NCBI GenBank assembly: GCA_965248915.1
Contig: OZ252216.1
Location: 2,857,807 to 2,921,806 of the forward strand
Reading direction: 5' to 3'
DNA: 64,000 bases
From: Alphaproteobacteria bacterium
GTDB taxonomy: Bacteria > Pseudomonadota > Alphaproteobacteria > M2410
Shown here: positions 20,070 to 30,168 of the stretch, one piece after another
Layout of the letters: each line of letters opens with the position of its first letter
How positions within the stretch are numbered: the first letter of the stretch is position 1
The notes under the pieces: generated by a model
What the model saw: only the letters and a program-made list of their open reading frames with translations
Told to the model about the DNA's origin: nothing
Database searches by the model: none
Translations under genes and position numbers: made by a program

Positions 20070-21110
20070 TCAAGCCTCAAGCCCTTCGACCGCGACCTCC
20101 AAGAGATTCGCGGACACATTCATCCCGCCAACCGTCCGCCCAACCGTGTTCACGACTTCGGGCTCCAGAATATCGCCCAAATCCTCGTTTGAGGCATCCA
20201 AACAGCCCAGCCGATTGATCACATGTGCCAAGACCAATCCACTCGCACGGCCCGCGCCATCATCGACTTTCAAGGCAACACCCACGCCCAATTTCGGCAG
20301 AACCGCGCCGTAGCACCCTTCAGCGCCTGACTTCACAAGTCCGCCGCCAATAAGGTGCGGGACAAGACGCGTGCATACCCGTCCTTCACCGGCGATGAGG
20401 TGCGGGTGGTGTTCGATGGCCCCTAGCATTGCAGACGCAGCACTGGCGCGTTTCGGTGAGAGACTTTCTGTCCGGCCCAATCGAGCGAGCCCATGCGCCA
20501 GCGAAGTCAATGGCAGTGCATAGTTGGGGGCGTTGCATCCATCAGGTCCAACGGGATGGGCTGATACATCGTATCCAACCATTTCACCGATAACGGAGGC
20601 GATCAGCTGTTGAACCGGATGATCGAGCTTTGTGTAGCCCGCAACATCCACCCCCATATGCCGGGCAAGCGTCATAAAGCCTGTGTGTTTGCCTGAACAA
20701 TTGTTGTGCAGAGCATTGGGTTTGTGTCTCGCCTCTATAAGGCGATGCGCAGACCCTTCATGAACAGGCAAATGCGGACCGCATTCAAACATATCGATGC
20801 TGCAATCGATTTTCCGCAACCACTCCGCAACGGTGGTGGTATGGGTGGGTTCTCCGGAATGGGAGGCACACGCCAGGGCAATCTCTTTTTCCCCAAGGTC
20901 AAAATGCTCTATGGCGCCGCTCTCCAACAACGCCAACGCCTGTAGAGGCTTCAAAGTCGACCGTGGACACATCGGGGTCTCAATGTCGCCCAGCGACATG
21001 AGCACCTGTCCCCCAGCGCTGACCACCGCGACAGCGCCGCGATGAACGCTCTCCACAAATCTTCCCTGTTCAGGGTCACGGGTCACTTCGACTAGGATGG
21101 GGTTGGCCAT
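20070..21110 (-). CDS. Asparaginase-II family protein (PF06089-type L-asparaginase)
   Basis: N-terminal RGAVAVV...PRSTLKPLQAL and central HSG motifs typical of the Rhizobium-type asparaginase II family. Confidence 0.7.
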   Translation of the reverse strand: MANPILVEVTRDPEQGRFVESVHRGAVAVVSAGGQVLMSLGDIETPMCPRSTLKPLQALALLESGAIEHFDLGEKEIALACASHSGEPTHTTTVAEWLRKIDCSIDMFECGPHLPVHEGSAHRLIEARHKPNALHNNCSGKHTGFMTLARHMGVDVAGYTKLDHPVQQLIASVIGEMVGYDVSAHPVGPDGCNAPNYALPLTSLAHGLARLGRTESLSPKRASAASAMLGAIEHHPHLIAGEGRVCTRLVPHLIGGGLVKSGAEGCYGAVLPKLGVGVALKVDDGAGRASGLVLAHVINRLGCLDASNEDLGDILEPEVVNTVGRTVGGMNVSANLLEVAVEGLEA

Positions 21111-21170
21111 TGGGGTACTCTCACATCTGACTCGGAATTCACTCCGGGCCTCAAGACTTGGGAAATCACC

Positions 21171-21701
21171 ATGCGAGGATATTTCGGAATTGGCGTTGAG
21201 GGAATATCGAAACCGATGAATGTCGGAAATTTGTTCCGTTCAGCGCATGGGTTTGGTGCAAGTTTCGTTTTCACCCTTGACGCCTTCGACCGCGTTCGCG
21301 AGTTGTCCTCAGACACCTCAAGGTCCTATGAACATTTGCCATTTTTCGACTGGGATGGTGTCGAAACCATGCGAGTGCCCAAAGGATGCCAGGTCGTTGG
21401 GGTCGAGTTGCTGGATGAGGCCGTTGAGCTCCCAAGTTTTCGTCACCCCTTGCAAGCAACCTACGTATTGGGCCCGGAAAAGGGCGAACTCTCTGAAGAA
21501 GTGCTCGCCATTTGTGATCACATCATCAAGATCCCCACCAGTTTTTGCATCAACGTCGCCACCGCAGCCGCCTTGGTCATGTATGACAGAACCATAAGCC
21601 TGGGCGGATATCCCGTGCGCCCCCTGATGCCTGGCGGGCCGCAAGAAATACCGCCTGAGAAAGATTGGCGTGAACCGCCAGTCAGAATTCAAAAAGACTA
21701 A
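21171..21701 (+). CDS. TrmH/SpoU-family RNA 2'-O-methyltransferase
   Basis: GIGVEGISKPMNVGNLFRSAHGFGASFVF N-terminus matches the alphaproteobacterial SpoU-like RNA methyltransferase family. Confidence 0.6.
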   Translation: MRGYFGIGVEGISKPMNVGNLFRSAHGFGASFVFTLDAFDRVRELSSDTSRSYEHLPFFDWDGVETMRVPKGCQVVGVELLDEAVELPSFRHPLQATYVLGPEKGELSEEVLAICDHIIKIPTSFCINVATAAALVMYDRTISLGGYPVRPLMPGGPQEIPPEKDWREPPVRIQKD

Positions 21702-21728
21702 ATGAGCGCAGGTGTGTGCCGAGTGGGC

Positions 21729-22304
21729 TTAAGCGTCCAGCGCTTTGCGCAAATGGTCAAGCCCAAGACGCAATCGGGATTTAACCGTCCCTAAGGGCAA
21801 GCCGGTTTCTTCAGCAATGCCGCGGTGGCTCAGTTCATCAAAGAAGGAAAGGCGTAAGAGGTCGGATTGTTCTGGTGAAAGCGTCCCTATAGCGTCATTC
21901 AATTGTTCTTCTGCCAAACGCTCAGACAGGGCCTCGTCGGGTTTTTGTGGGGCCTCACGGAGAAGAATGGGATCATATGGGTTGGCGCGCCGCGTTTGCT
22001 CTCGTCGCGCCGCATCAATTCGCCGGTTCCGAGCAATCCGGTAGATCCATGAAGTGACAGAAGACCGTCTCGGATCAAACTCTGCCGCCCGCTGCCATAC
22101 CACCAACATTACTTCCTGCGTCAATTCTTCGGCCTGCGCCTCCCGAGCACCTGCGCTGACAAGGAAACCTCTGATTTTCGGGCCCAGTAAAGAATACAAA
22201 ATCGCGAAGGCCTGCTTGTCCCGAGAAGCCCCAATCCGACCGACAAGGTCGGCAAGGTCCTCATTAGAGGCGCTGGGATGATGGAGGCGACCAAGGACCG
22301 TCAT
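21729..22304 (-). CDS. ECF (sigma-70 family) RNA polymerase sigma factor
   Basis: Region 2 (VVWQRAAEFDPRRSSVTSWIYRIARN) and region 4 HTH (LSHRGIAEETGLPLGTVKSRL). Confidence 0.85.
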   Translation of the reverse strand: MTVLGRLHHPSASNEDLADLVGRIGASRDKQAFAILYSLLGPKIRGFLVSAGAREAQAEELTQEVMLVVWQRAAEFDPRRSSVTSWIYRIARNRRIDAARREQTRRANPYDPILLREAPQKPDEALSERLAEEQLNDAIGTLSPEQSDLLRLSFFDELSHRGIAEETGLPLGTVKSRLRLGLDHLRKALDA

Positions 22305-22577
22305 GGGGAGGCCCTAAGCAGCTGCCCTCTCCACAAAGTCGCCAAAGGAGCGCGACTTTCATGGTTTGTTAACCAACCGGTCACCTTTGACATGGCACAG
22401 TTCCTTCGCAAATTCGCCGCTTTTCCTGGTATAATTGGATCAAACCAAAATTCAGTTTTGCGCGCGCGTCGATCTCAATGAGGGCAGTAGACCACACTTT
22501 AGAATGATTTCAAATAACAACAGTGTGGCACAAGCAGTCCGCAAGGGATTCTTAGAGTTGAGAAGGAGTTGAGACCC

Positions 22578-23108
22578 ATGAAAGTCGTTGGTCAAACCAA
22601 CCTCACCCACCGAGGTCTAAATGTCATTGCAGCCATTCTCTTGAGCCTGGGTCTCGTATCGCCAGCCTTTTCGGCAACACCGAAGCCTCTGGGAACCTTT
22701 AAAGACTGGAAAGCCTTCGCCATGGATGAAGGAGGCCGCAAAGTCTGTTTCATTGTGTCGACCCCCAAAGATACCAATCCAAAAAACGTCCGGCGCGGCG
22801 ACATCTTCTTCTTTGTGACATCTTGGGGCGGTGGCAACGCCGAACCGAGCGTCACGATCGGCTACCCTTTCAAAAAGAACTCGACCTCTATTGCCAAAAT
22901 CGGCTCTGACAAATTCACTTTGTTCACCACCGATGACGGCGCCTGGTTCAGAGATCAGAAGGATGAAAAGCGCCTGGTCAATGCGATGAAACGTGGCAGC
23001 TCCATGAACATCACGGGCACATCGAGCCGCGGCACTCTGACAACAGATCGTTACTCTCTGTCGGGAATCACGGCTGCCCTGGACAAAATCCGCCGAACCT
23101 GCAATTAG
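22578..23108 (+). CDS. Invasion-associated locus B (IalB) family periplasmic protein
   Basis: Signal peptide, then LGTFKDWKAFAMDEGGRKVCFIVSTP, typical of the IalB family. Confidence 0.7.
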   Translation: MKVVGQTNLTHRGLNVIAAILLSLGLVSPAFSATPKPLGTFKDWKAFAMDEGGRKVCFIVSTPKDTNPKNVRRGDIFFFVTSWGGGNAEPSVTIGYPFKKNSTSIAKIGSDKFTLFTTDDGAWFRDQKDEKRLVNAMKRGSSMNITGTSSRGTLTTDRYSLSGITAALDKIRRTCN

Positions 23109-23185
23109 AACCGGGATTTCCTTGAATGAGGACCGGGTGAAGCCAGAAGTCAAGCAGTTGCTTCTGTTGTCTTCTTTGTAGAAAC

Positions 23186-24301
23186 ATGACGTCGACGGAC
23201 AAAACGCAACTCATCGGGCTCTCTCGCGAAGAACTGAGAGAGCAGTGCTTGCAGGCTGGCATTGCCGAGCGACAAGCCAATATGCGTGTGTCTCAATTGT
23301 GGAACTGGTTCTACCAACGCGGCGCCACTGATTTCAATGCGATGACAACCCTCTCCAAGGACCTCCGCACAAGTCTCACTGAGAAATTCACCATCGATCG
23401 CCCCGAAATCGTCAGCGAACAGATTTCCAACGACGGCACGCGCAAATGGTTGATCAAGTTCGCCCCAGGTGTTGAGGCAGAAACTGTGTTCATCCCAGCT
23501 GACGCACGCGGAACTCTATGTGTTTCAAGTCAAGTTGGATGCACCCTCAACTGCACTTTCTGTCACACCGGAACCCAGAAACTTGTCCGCAATCTCACCG
23601 CCGGTGAAATCGTTGATCAAGTCTTGATCGCCAAAGATGCGCTGGGAGAATGGCCAGACCAAATGGAACCCCGCGAACCGCGACGCATCACCAACATTGT
23701 CATGATGGGCATGGGTGAACCTCTCTACAATTTTGACAATGTAAAAACCGCCCTCCACATCGTGTCCGACAATGAGGGGCTCTCACTCTCCAAACGGCGC
23801 ATCACGCTTTCAACCTCTGGCGTCGTGCCAGAAATTGAGCGTTGCGGCGAAGAGATCGGGGTGATGCTGGCCATATCCCTGCACGCAGTGCGAGACGACA
23901 TCCGCGATGAACTTGTGCCGCTCAACAAGAAATACCCTTTGAAAGAACTACTAAATGCCTGCCGCAATTACCCAGGCGTCTCGAACGCTAGGCGTATTAC
24001 GTTTGAGTATGTCATGCTGAAAGGCCTCAACGACAGCGTGGCAGACGCCAAGAAACTCGTACGACTGCTTGGCGGCATTCCCTCAAAGATCAACTTGATA
24101 CCGTTCAACCCTTGGCCAGGATCACCTTACGAGTGCTCCGATTGGAAACAAATTGAGGCCTTCGCCGAAGTGGTCAATCGAGCAGGATACGCCAGTCCCA
24201 TTCGCACCCCGCGCGGTCGTGACATCATGGCCGCCTGCGGTCAGCTCAAGTCAGCGAGTGAAAAGGTAAGAGCATCGGCTTTGAGAAAGGCGCCCGCCTA
24301 A
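23186..24301 (+). CDS. rlmN: 23S rRNA (adenine2503-C2)-methyltransferase / tRNA m2A37 methyltransferase, radical SAM
   Basis: [18 protein letters not shown] radical-SAM CxxxCxxC cluster; conserved downstream Cys (MAACGQL). Confidence 0.9.
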   Translation: MTSTDKTQLIGLSREELREQCLQAGIAERQANMRVSQLWNWFYQRGATDFNAMTTLSKDLRTSLTEKFTIDRPEIVSEQISNDGTRKWLIKFAPGVEAETVFIPADARGTLCVSSQVGCTLNCTFCHTGTQKLVRNLTAGEIVDQVLIAKDALGEWPDQMEPREPRRITNIVMMGMGEPLYNFDNVKTALHIVSDNEGLSLSKRRITLSTSGVVPEIERCGEEIGVMLAISLHAVRDDIRDELVPLNKKYPLKELLNACRNYPGVSNARRITFEYVMLKGLNDSVADAKKLVRLLGGIPSKINLIPFNPWPGSPYECSDWKQIEAFAEVVNRAGYASPIRTPRGRDIMAACGQLKSASEKVRASALRKAPA

Positions 24302-24304
24302 GTC

Positions 24305-24760
24305 TTACTCGTCCAGCCGACGTGAGGGTTCTAGCGCCGCAAGCGGCGAGCCCACCCGGTCTTCGCGATCCACAACCGCTTTGCCGATCGGCCAAATCGC
24401 AAGACCCCCGAACTTCAAATGCTGCCAAGCAAAAGGAATACCGATGATCGTGATGGCAAGACCAAAGGCGGTCAGAATGTGCCCGATCGCGAGCCAAATC
24501 CCGGCAAAGAGCAACCAAACAATATTTCCAATCACGCCGAGCGCGCCCGTGCCAATATCTTCGCGGCCTGAATAATCATCCCTAGCGACAATCGTGCGCC
24601 CGAACGGCCACAGAGCAAAGATGCCCATATTGAACGCGGCACGCGCAAACGGAATACCCACAATGGTGATGATCATGATCACACCCGCGACAAACCAAAA
24701 GACCGCCATGCATAGACCGCCAAAGATGAGCCAAAGGATGTTGAGGAGAATGTTGATCAT
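24305..24760 (-). CDS. yccF: YccF-domain inner membrane protein (tandem YccF repeats)
   Basis: Two repeated modules (IVGIPFA...AFNMGIFALWPFGRTIV and IIGIPFAWQHLKFGGLAIWPIGKAVV). Confidence 0.75.
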   Translation of the reverse strand: MINILLNILWLIFGGLCMAVFWFVAGVIMIITIVGIPFARAAFNMGIFALWPFGRTIVARDDYSGREDIGTGALGVIGNIVWLLFAGIWLAIGHILTAFGLAITIIGIPFAWQHLKFGGLAIWPIGKAVVDREDRVGSPLAALEPSRRLDE

Positions 24761-24852
24761 GTGAGTGCAGATCCTTTTTGCGTCGACCCAAAGGGGTCAC
24801 CAAACCGAATATAGGAACTGCCTGTCAAAATTTCTGCAAACCGGTTTGCAAA

Positions 24853-25881
24853 TCATCCCTTTTCCTGTTGGAATCGTTGGAAAACCTCGTCTTCCGCCCC
24901 ATAGTCGAAGTCTTTCTCCTCGGCCTCATCCAACGATTGCCGCTCATAGTCGATGGTGCGCTGGACGGCATCTGGCAACCCAACCACGTCCTTATATCCA
25001 AGCTGTTGACGGATCTTGGACGCGTCCGCCAACAGGTCTTGAGCCAGATCGATGATTTGAAATTCGGATGCTAGATGCTCTGGTAATTGGCGCGATGGCA
25101 AAGGCACAATTTCCCCTGACCATGGAAAGGCATCTCCAAATGTCCGTGTCCACCCCTTCATGTCGAGCACAGTGTCGTCCATGACGTTGTAAATCTCACC
25201 GGCTGCGTTCGGGCTTGTTGCTGCCAAGCCAATCGCGGCCGCCACATTGTCCACAAACCCAAAGGTGCTTCGCCAACCCGCGTAAGCCTCATCCAACAAA
25301 ATGAACGGCCGCGCATCTGACATGCGCTTGACCACATCACGAAAACGGTGTTGCCGGTCGTCGGGACCGTAGACCATCGGCAAACGCACGATAGTGCCAG
25401 GCAACGACGACGATCCCAAAACGAGTCTCTCTATAGGGATTTTGTCATAGGCCTCAGGCCCCGCTTCTTCTTCCTTGGCATAAGGATAGAGTTTGGTGCG
25501 AAGCGGCGCTTCCTCATCCACTGGGACGGAAACCGGTCCGTCTTCTTCTTTCTTCACCAAAACCCCGTAAGCTTTGTAAACATCACAGGAACTCGCAAGC
25601 ACATAGCGATCAGTTCGACCATCAAAGAATTCCAGTATGGGCCGCGTGGACGCTTCCGTCATAGCGATCATATCGATCACCACGTCTGGTCCGATTCTGT
25701 CGATCTCATCGCCAAGACCAGGCAAATCGTCGCGCTCACCTTGAAGACCCCGTACACCTTCTGGCAAAGCTGCGACCCGCTCACCCCGGTGGAGAACATG
25801 CACCTCGTGTCCTTGAGCCAAAGCCCAAGTCGAAAGCGGGGTTCCCATGAACCCAGTGCCGCCAATGATCAGTACTTTCAC
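24853..25881 (-). CDS. NAD-dependent epimerase/dehydratase family protein
   Basis: GTG start with GGAAAGG RBS; VLIIGGTGFMG Rossmann motif. Confidence 0.8.
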   Translation of the reverse strand: MKVLIIGGTGFMGTPLSTWALAQGHEVHVLHRGERVAALPEGVRGLQGERDDLPGLGDEIDRIGPDVVIDMIAMTEASTRPILEFFDGRTDRYVLASSCDVYKAYGVLVKKEEDGPVSVPVDEEAPLRTKLYPYAKEEEAGPEAYDKIPIERLVLGSSSLPGTIVRLPMVYGPDDRQHRFRDVVKRMSDARPFILLDEAYAGWRSTFGFVDNVAAAIGLAATSPNAAGEIYNVMDDTVLDMKGWTRTFGDAFPWSGEIVPLPSRQLPEHLASEFQIIDLAQDLLADASKIRQQLGYKDVVGLPDAVQRTIDYERQSLDEAEEKDFDYGAEDEVFQRFQQEKG

Positions 25882-25954
25882 GTTGAACCTTTCCCTTTTC
25901 TCTGTCGCCAATATGCCTATAGTGCCCGCGGCATAGTGACAAGGAAAGCAACCG

Positions 25955-27175
25955 ATGACGAACGACAAAATCAAGAAAGTCGTGCTCGCCTATTCCGGCG
26001 GCCTCGACACGTCGATCATCTTAAAATGGCTCGAGACCACCTATGGCTGCGAGGTGGTGACCTTCACCGCTGACCTTGGCCAAGGCGAAGAACTTGAGCC
26101 CGCACGTAAGAAAGCAGAACTGATGGGGATCAAAGAGATCTACGTCGAGGATCTGCGTGAAACTTTCGTGCGCGACTATGTCTTTCCCATGTTTCGTGCC
26201 AACGCCCTTTACGAAGGAACTTATTTGCTCGGCACGTCGATCGCCCGGCCCTTAATCGCCAAACGCCAAATCGAGATTGCAAAGGAGGTTGGCGCCGACG
26301 CCGTCTCTCACGGTGCCACTGGCAAAGGTAATGACCAAGTGCGCTTTGAGCTTGGCTACTACGCGCTTAACCCAGACATCAAAGTCATTTCACCGTGGCG
26401 GGAATGGGAGTTCGTCGGTCGCGAGGACCTGATCAAATTCGCCGAACAAAACCAGATCCCCGTCGACAAAGACAAGCGCGGCGAAGCACCCTTCTCGGTC
26501 GACGCAAATCTCCTCCACATCTCCTGCGAAGGCAAAGCACTGGAAGATCCGGCCGCTGAGGCCCAAGAGTATATGTATCAACGCTCCGTTGCACCGGAAC
26601 AAGCGCCCGACACCGCAACTGTGATTGAGGTTGAATTCAACAAAGGTGACGCGGTCGCCGTCGATGGCAAAAAGCTCACGCCCGCCACCTTGCTCACCAA
26701 ACTCAATGAGTTGGGTGGCGCAAACGGCATTGGCCGAGCCGACATTGTTGAGAACCGTTTCGTGGGTATGAAATCTCGTGGTGTTTATGAGACGCCAGGT
26801 GGCACGATCCTGCTCGCAGCCCACCGCGCCATGGAAAGCCTGACCCTCGACCGCGAAGCGACCCATCTCAAAGACGAGATCATGCCGCGTTATGCCAAAC
26901 TCATCTACAATGGGTTTTGGTTCTCACCGGAACGCGAAATGCTGCAAGCCTTGATCGATAAGTCGCAAGACTTTGTCACCGGCTCCGTGAAACTGAAACT
27001 CTTCAAAGGCTCAGTGAGCGTGGTTGGACGCGCCTCGCCCTATTCGCTCTATTCAGAAGAACATGTGACCTTTGAAGAAGACTCAGTTTACGATCAGAAG
27101 GACGCCGAAGGCTTTATACGCTTGCAAGCCCTTCGCCTCCGCCTCCGCGCCAAAGCACAAGAAGTGCCGGAGTAG
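25955..27175 (+). CDS. argG: Argininosuccinate synthase
   Basis: [11 protein letters not shown]-loop motif; 406 aa type-1 ArgG. Confidence 0.92.
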   Translation: MTNDKIKKVVLAYSGGLDTSIILKWLETTYGCEVVTFTADLGQGEELEPARKKAELMGIKEIYVEDLRETFVRDYVFPMFRANALYEGTYLLGTSIARPLIAKRQIEIAKEVGADAVSHGATGKGNDQVRFELGYYALNPDIKVISPWREWEFVGREDLIKFAEQNQIPVDKDKRGEAPFSVDANLLHISCEGKALEDPAAEAQEYMYQRSVAPEQAPDTATVIEVEFNKGDAVAVDGKKLTPATLLTKLNELGGANGIGRADIVENRFVGMKSRGVYETPGGTILLAAHRAMESLTLDREATHLKDEIMPRYAKLIYNGFWFSPEREMLQALIDKSQDFVTGSVKLKLFKGSVSVVGRASPYSLYSEEHVTFEEDSVYDQKDAEGFIRLQALRLRLRAKAQEVPE

Positions 27176-27200
27176 TTGTTCAAAAGCTTGGTGGGTTTTT

Positions 27201-28202
27201 CTATTCACCCGCCGGGACTGTGAGCGCTTCAAGTGATTCAAAGAGTCTCTCGAAGTGCATTTGAATCAGCGTGCCCTCAAGGACCAACTCTGCCCAAGGA
27301 AAAACGACAACTAGTAAGAGAATAAGCATGATCGCGATTGGAGCGAAGACCAGCACCTGCCCAGTCCGTGTCAATCTAACAATCCTACCTTTGAGTTGCC
27401 CAAACTCTAGTGGCTTAGGGTCTCCAGACGCATCCGTTTCATTCAGAGTATTCAGGTACTCACCCACGCCAAATCTTCTTGCAAGCCAACTGTTATAGCC
27501 AATCAGACCAACGATAATGGGATACATCAAAACAAACAGGGCACCGAATGACAGAGCCACAATCCATGTCATCAAAATTGAGGTCTCGAGAAAAAGTCGC
27601 GTGAAATCATGCCCGAGGTTTGCGCCAGAGATAAGCACAGGAATGACACTGGCATAGTACACGCTGCCAAGCGCGAAAACAGCCGACAGAACTACCATCA
27701 ATGGCATCACTTTTATAATTTCCTTCACAGCCCATTGCTGTCTATCAGGCACCGCAACACCTCGTGGGTACGGATTGGCTTTTCCAGACAGACCGAATTG
27801 TATAGTTGGGAGTATTGCCATCAACGCTGGAATCCAAGCGCCGACAAATATGAACCCATTATCGTCGAGCAATAGTGGAAGCAACAACAATCCTGGCCAC
27901 AGCCCCACTAGAGGAATGAGAAGCAGCATTCCGGGCCAGAAGGCGAAGTTCTTAACTGCCAACAAACCAAGCGCCAGCAGAACAACAAGTGCACCCGTCA
28001 CAATCAGATGAAGACTAAAGACCGGAACAAACGACGCGTGTGAGGGAATAGGGTCATCAAACAAGGCGAACAGGGGCGCCGAGTCATTGATCCCCGCCCA
28101 AATTGCCCAGCAGCCGATAGCGACATTGACCGCGCCAAGCGCCAAAAACAAAATCCGCCGCACAGGACTTTCATTCCCAACGTTCGGCTCAATCTTTTCC
28201 AT
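27201..28202 (-). CDS. Hypothetical polytopic membrane protein (paralog A)
   Basis: 333 aa; lower-GC codon usage; shares architecture and a C-terminal module with 30169..31173. Confidence 0.5.
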   Translation of the reverse strand: MEKIEPNVGNESPVRRILFLALGAVNVAIGCWAIWAGINDSAPLFALFDDPIPSHASFVPVFSLHLIVTGALVVLLALGLLAVKNFAFWPGMLLLIPLVGLWPGLLLLPLLLDDNGFIFVGAWIPALMAILPTIQFGLSGKANPYPRGVAVPDRQQWAVKEIIKVMPLMVVLSAVFALGSVYYASVIPVLISGANLGHDFTRLFLETSILMTWIVALSFGALFVLMYPIIVGLIGYNSWLARRFGVGEYLNTLNETDASGDPKPLEFGQLKGRIVRLTRTGQVLVFAPIAIMLILLLVVVFPWAELVLEGTLIQMHFERLFESLEALTVPAGE

Positions 28203-28459
28203 CTATCTCGCCACCCAACAACTTGAACCAAGCACCTTAACTAAACCTACAGTTGAAACAAAAGGCCGTCAATACAGACCCCAGCGAGAGCGCCTTGCCA
28301 TCACGGGGTGCTCCTCCTAGGCTTCAAGCCAACAAACAAAAGACAAAACCACCCGGGGGTTCTCATGGCGCATCGCCCTTCCCTGTTCTTCGTGCTTATC
28401 CCTTTTCTTTTTGTCACCGCCTGCGGCCAAGAAACGGTTACATCACCTTCGGAGGATGA

Positions 28460-29085
28460 ATGACCTACGCGCTCTACGCACGCAAAGGCTGGGGCTCTGC
28501 CATCTCAGAGGCCATGCTGGCCTACGCAAGCCTCGACTACGAACTTAGAGATCCCAAAGGCAACCGCGCCAAAGGCGTGCCTCCTTTGAAGGAAATCAAT
28601 CCTCTCGTTCAATTCCCAACCCTCGTCTGCCCGGACGGGCACATCATGACCGAAAGTGCCGCCATCCTTTTCCATATCGACGACATGGCACCAAAAGCAG
28701 GTCTCGTGCCAAAAAGAACGCGAAAGAGCGACGCGACTTTTTGCGGATACTTCTGATCATCGTCGGCGCCATCTACCCGACATTCACTTACGCCGATTTT
28801 CCCGGCAGATATGTCTCATCGAAGAAGGCGCAGACCGAACTCGTGACTTCCAGCAAACAAAAGCGCAACGAACTCTGGCTCGACATCGAAAATCTCATCG
28901 ATCCAGATCCTCATGCCCTCAGCAAGCGATTCACCGGTCTTGATGTTTATGCCGCCGTAATGACCCATTGGGGTCCTCGAAGACGGTGGTTCACAGAGCA
29001 CTGTCCGAAACTGATGTCCGCCGCCAAAGCCGCCGAAGGCATCGACACACTACAGCCCGTTCTTCATAGGAATTTCAAATCATGA
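28460..29085 (+). pseudogene. Glutathione S-transferase, frameshifted (N-terminal thioredoxin-like domain in frame 2, C-terminal helical domain in frame 1)
   Basis: ORF 28460..28756 carries a GST N-terminal domain (YARKGWGSAISEAMLA...VPTLVCPDG...ESAAIL). ORF 28741..29085 carries a GST C-terminal domain. Continuity needs a frame change near 28700-28745. Confidence 0.6.
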
Positions 29086-29465
29086 CAGACCCGGTCAACC
29101 ACAAAGGTGGGTGTCACTGCGGTGCCGTCAAGTTCGAGGTCCGCGCGGGCGCACGCATTGAGGTGGTTGACTGCAACTGTTCCGTCTGTCGAATGACCGG
29201 TTTCAAACACTTGATCGTGCCGAAGGAAGATTTCACGCTTCTCACCTCAGAAGAAGCGCTCACCGACTACCAGTTCGGAACCAAGACCGCCCACCACTTG
29301 TTTTGCAAAACCTGCGGCATCAAATCTTATTACCTCCCCCGCTCACATCCAGATGGCGTGTCAGTCAATGTGAATTGCCTCGAACCGGTAACCATCAAAG
29401 CCATGGAACTAACCCCCTTTGACGGCGCCAATTGGGAAGACGCCATCGACGACCTCACCGACTAG
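29082..29465 (+). CDS. GFA family protein (glutathione-dependent formaldehyde-activating enzyme / CENP-V-like)
   Basis: GGCHCGAV...CNCSVCRMTG zinc-binding Cys pattern. Confidence 0.85.
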   Translation: MTDPVNHKGGCHCGAVKFEVRAGARIEVVDCNCSVCRMTGFKHLIVPKEDFTLLTSEEALTDYQFGTKTAHHLFCKTCGIKSYYLPRSHPDGVSVNVNCLEPVTIKAMELTPFDGANWEDAIDDLTD

Positions 29466-29597
29466 GAGTTTCAGGTGCCGCAAAACATCTTTGTTCCAAT
29501 GGTGTACAATAACAAAGCGCTTCCAGGAAAAGTGGAGGCCGGTTTTCCGGCCGGAAGCGCGTTAGAAAAACAGGCGTATTCGAGCTAGCCAGAGGAG

Positions 29598-30164
29598 TTG
29601 ATAGAGATGACGAACGTTTTCGTGCCGATGGCATACAATAACGCCTGGGCCAACCATCGCCTGATTTCCGCATGTGAAAAACTCACCCAAGAAGAATTTG
29701 AAGCCGAACGCGTGAGTTTCTTCCCGACGCTCAAGGCAACACTCAATCACAATCTCACCGTCGACCGGTTCTATGTGGATGCCCTTGAAGGTGGCGATCT
29801 TGGCTCAGCGGCCTTCGACGAGGATGAACCTTGCGTGACACCGCGTGACCTGAAAGAAAAACAAGAGAAGGTGGACCGACGGCTCATCCAGTTCTGCAAA
29901 AGTTTGAGGCCTGACGATCACACCGCAATCACCGCCATCAATCGCGGGCCTTACGTGCAAGAAGAGCTCACCGACCGCCTGCTCCTCCATCTCTTCCAGC
30001 ACCAAATTCACCACCGCGGTCAGGTCCACGCCATGCTCTCAGGCACGTCTGTCAAACCACCGCAACTCGACGAGTTTTTGATGTCTGGCGAACGCGCCCG
30101 CAACGCCCGCGCGGGGGACATGGAAGCCTTAGGTTGGACGGAAGAGGAGATTTGGGGAACCTAG
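29598..30164 (+). CDS. DinB/YfiT-like (DinB_2) family metal-dependent thiol transferase-like protein
   Basis: NNAWANHRLISACEKLTQEEF...TLNHNLTVDRFYVDAL...HQIHHRGQV, i.e. the His-triad DinB_2 pattern. Confidence 0.7.
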   Translation: MIEMTNVFVPMAYNNAWANHRLISACEKLTQEEFEAERVSFFPTLKATLNHNLTVDRFYVDALEGGDLGSAAFDEDEPCVTPRDLKEKQEKVDRRLIQFCKSLRPDDHTAITAINRGPYVQEELTDRLLLHLFQHQIHHRGQVHAMLSGTSVKPPQLDEFLMSGERARNARAGDMEALGWTEEEIWGT

Positions 30165-30168
30165 GTCA

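Noticed and set aside
21318-21692. 124-aa minus-strand ORF downstream of the ECF sigma factor that could have been an anti-sigma factor
   Set aside because: It is entirely embedded antisense in the well-supported TrmH/SpoU-like gene. It has no anti-sigma-like motifs (no HxxxCxxC, no TM). It is the typical spurious long ORF seen in high-GC DNA.
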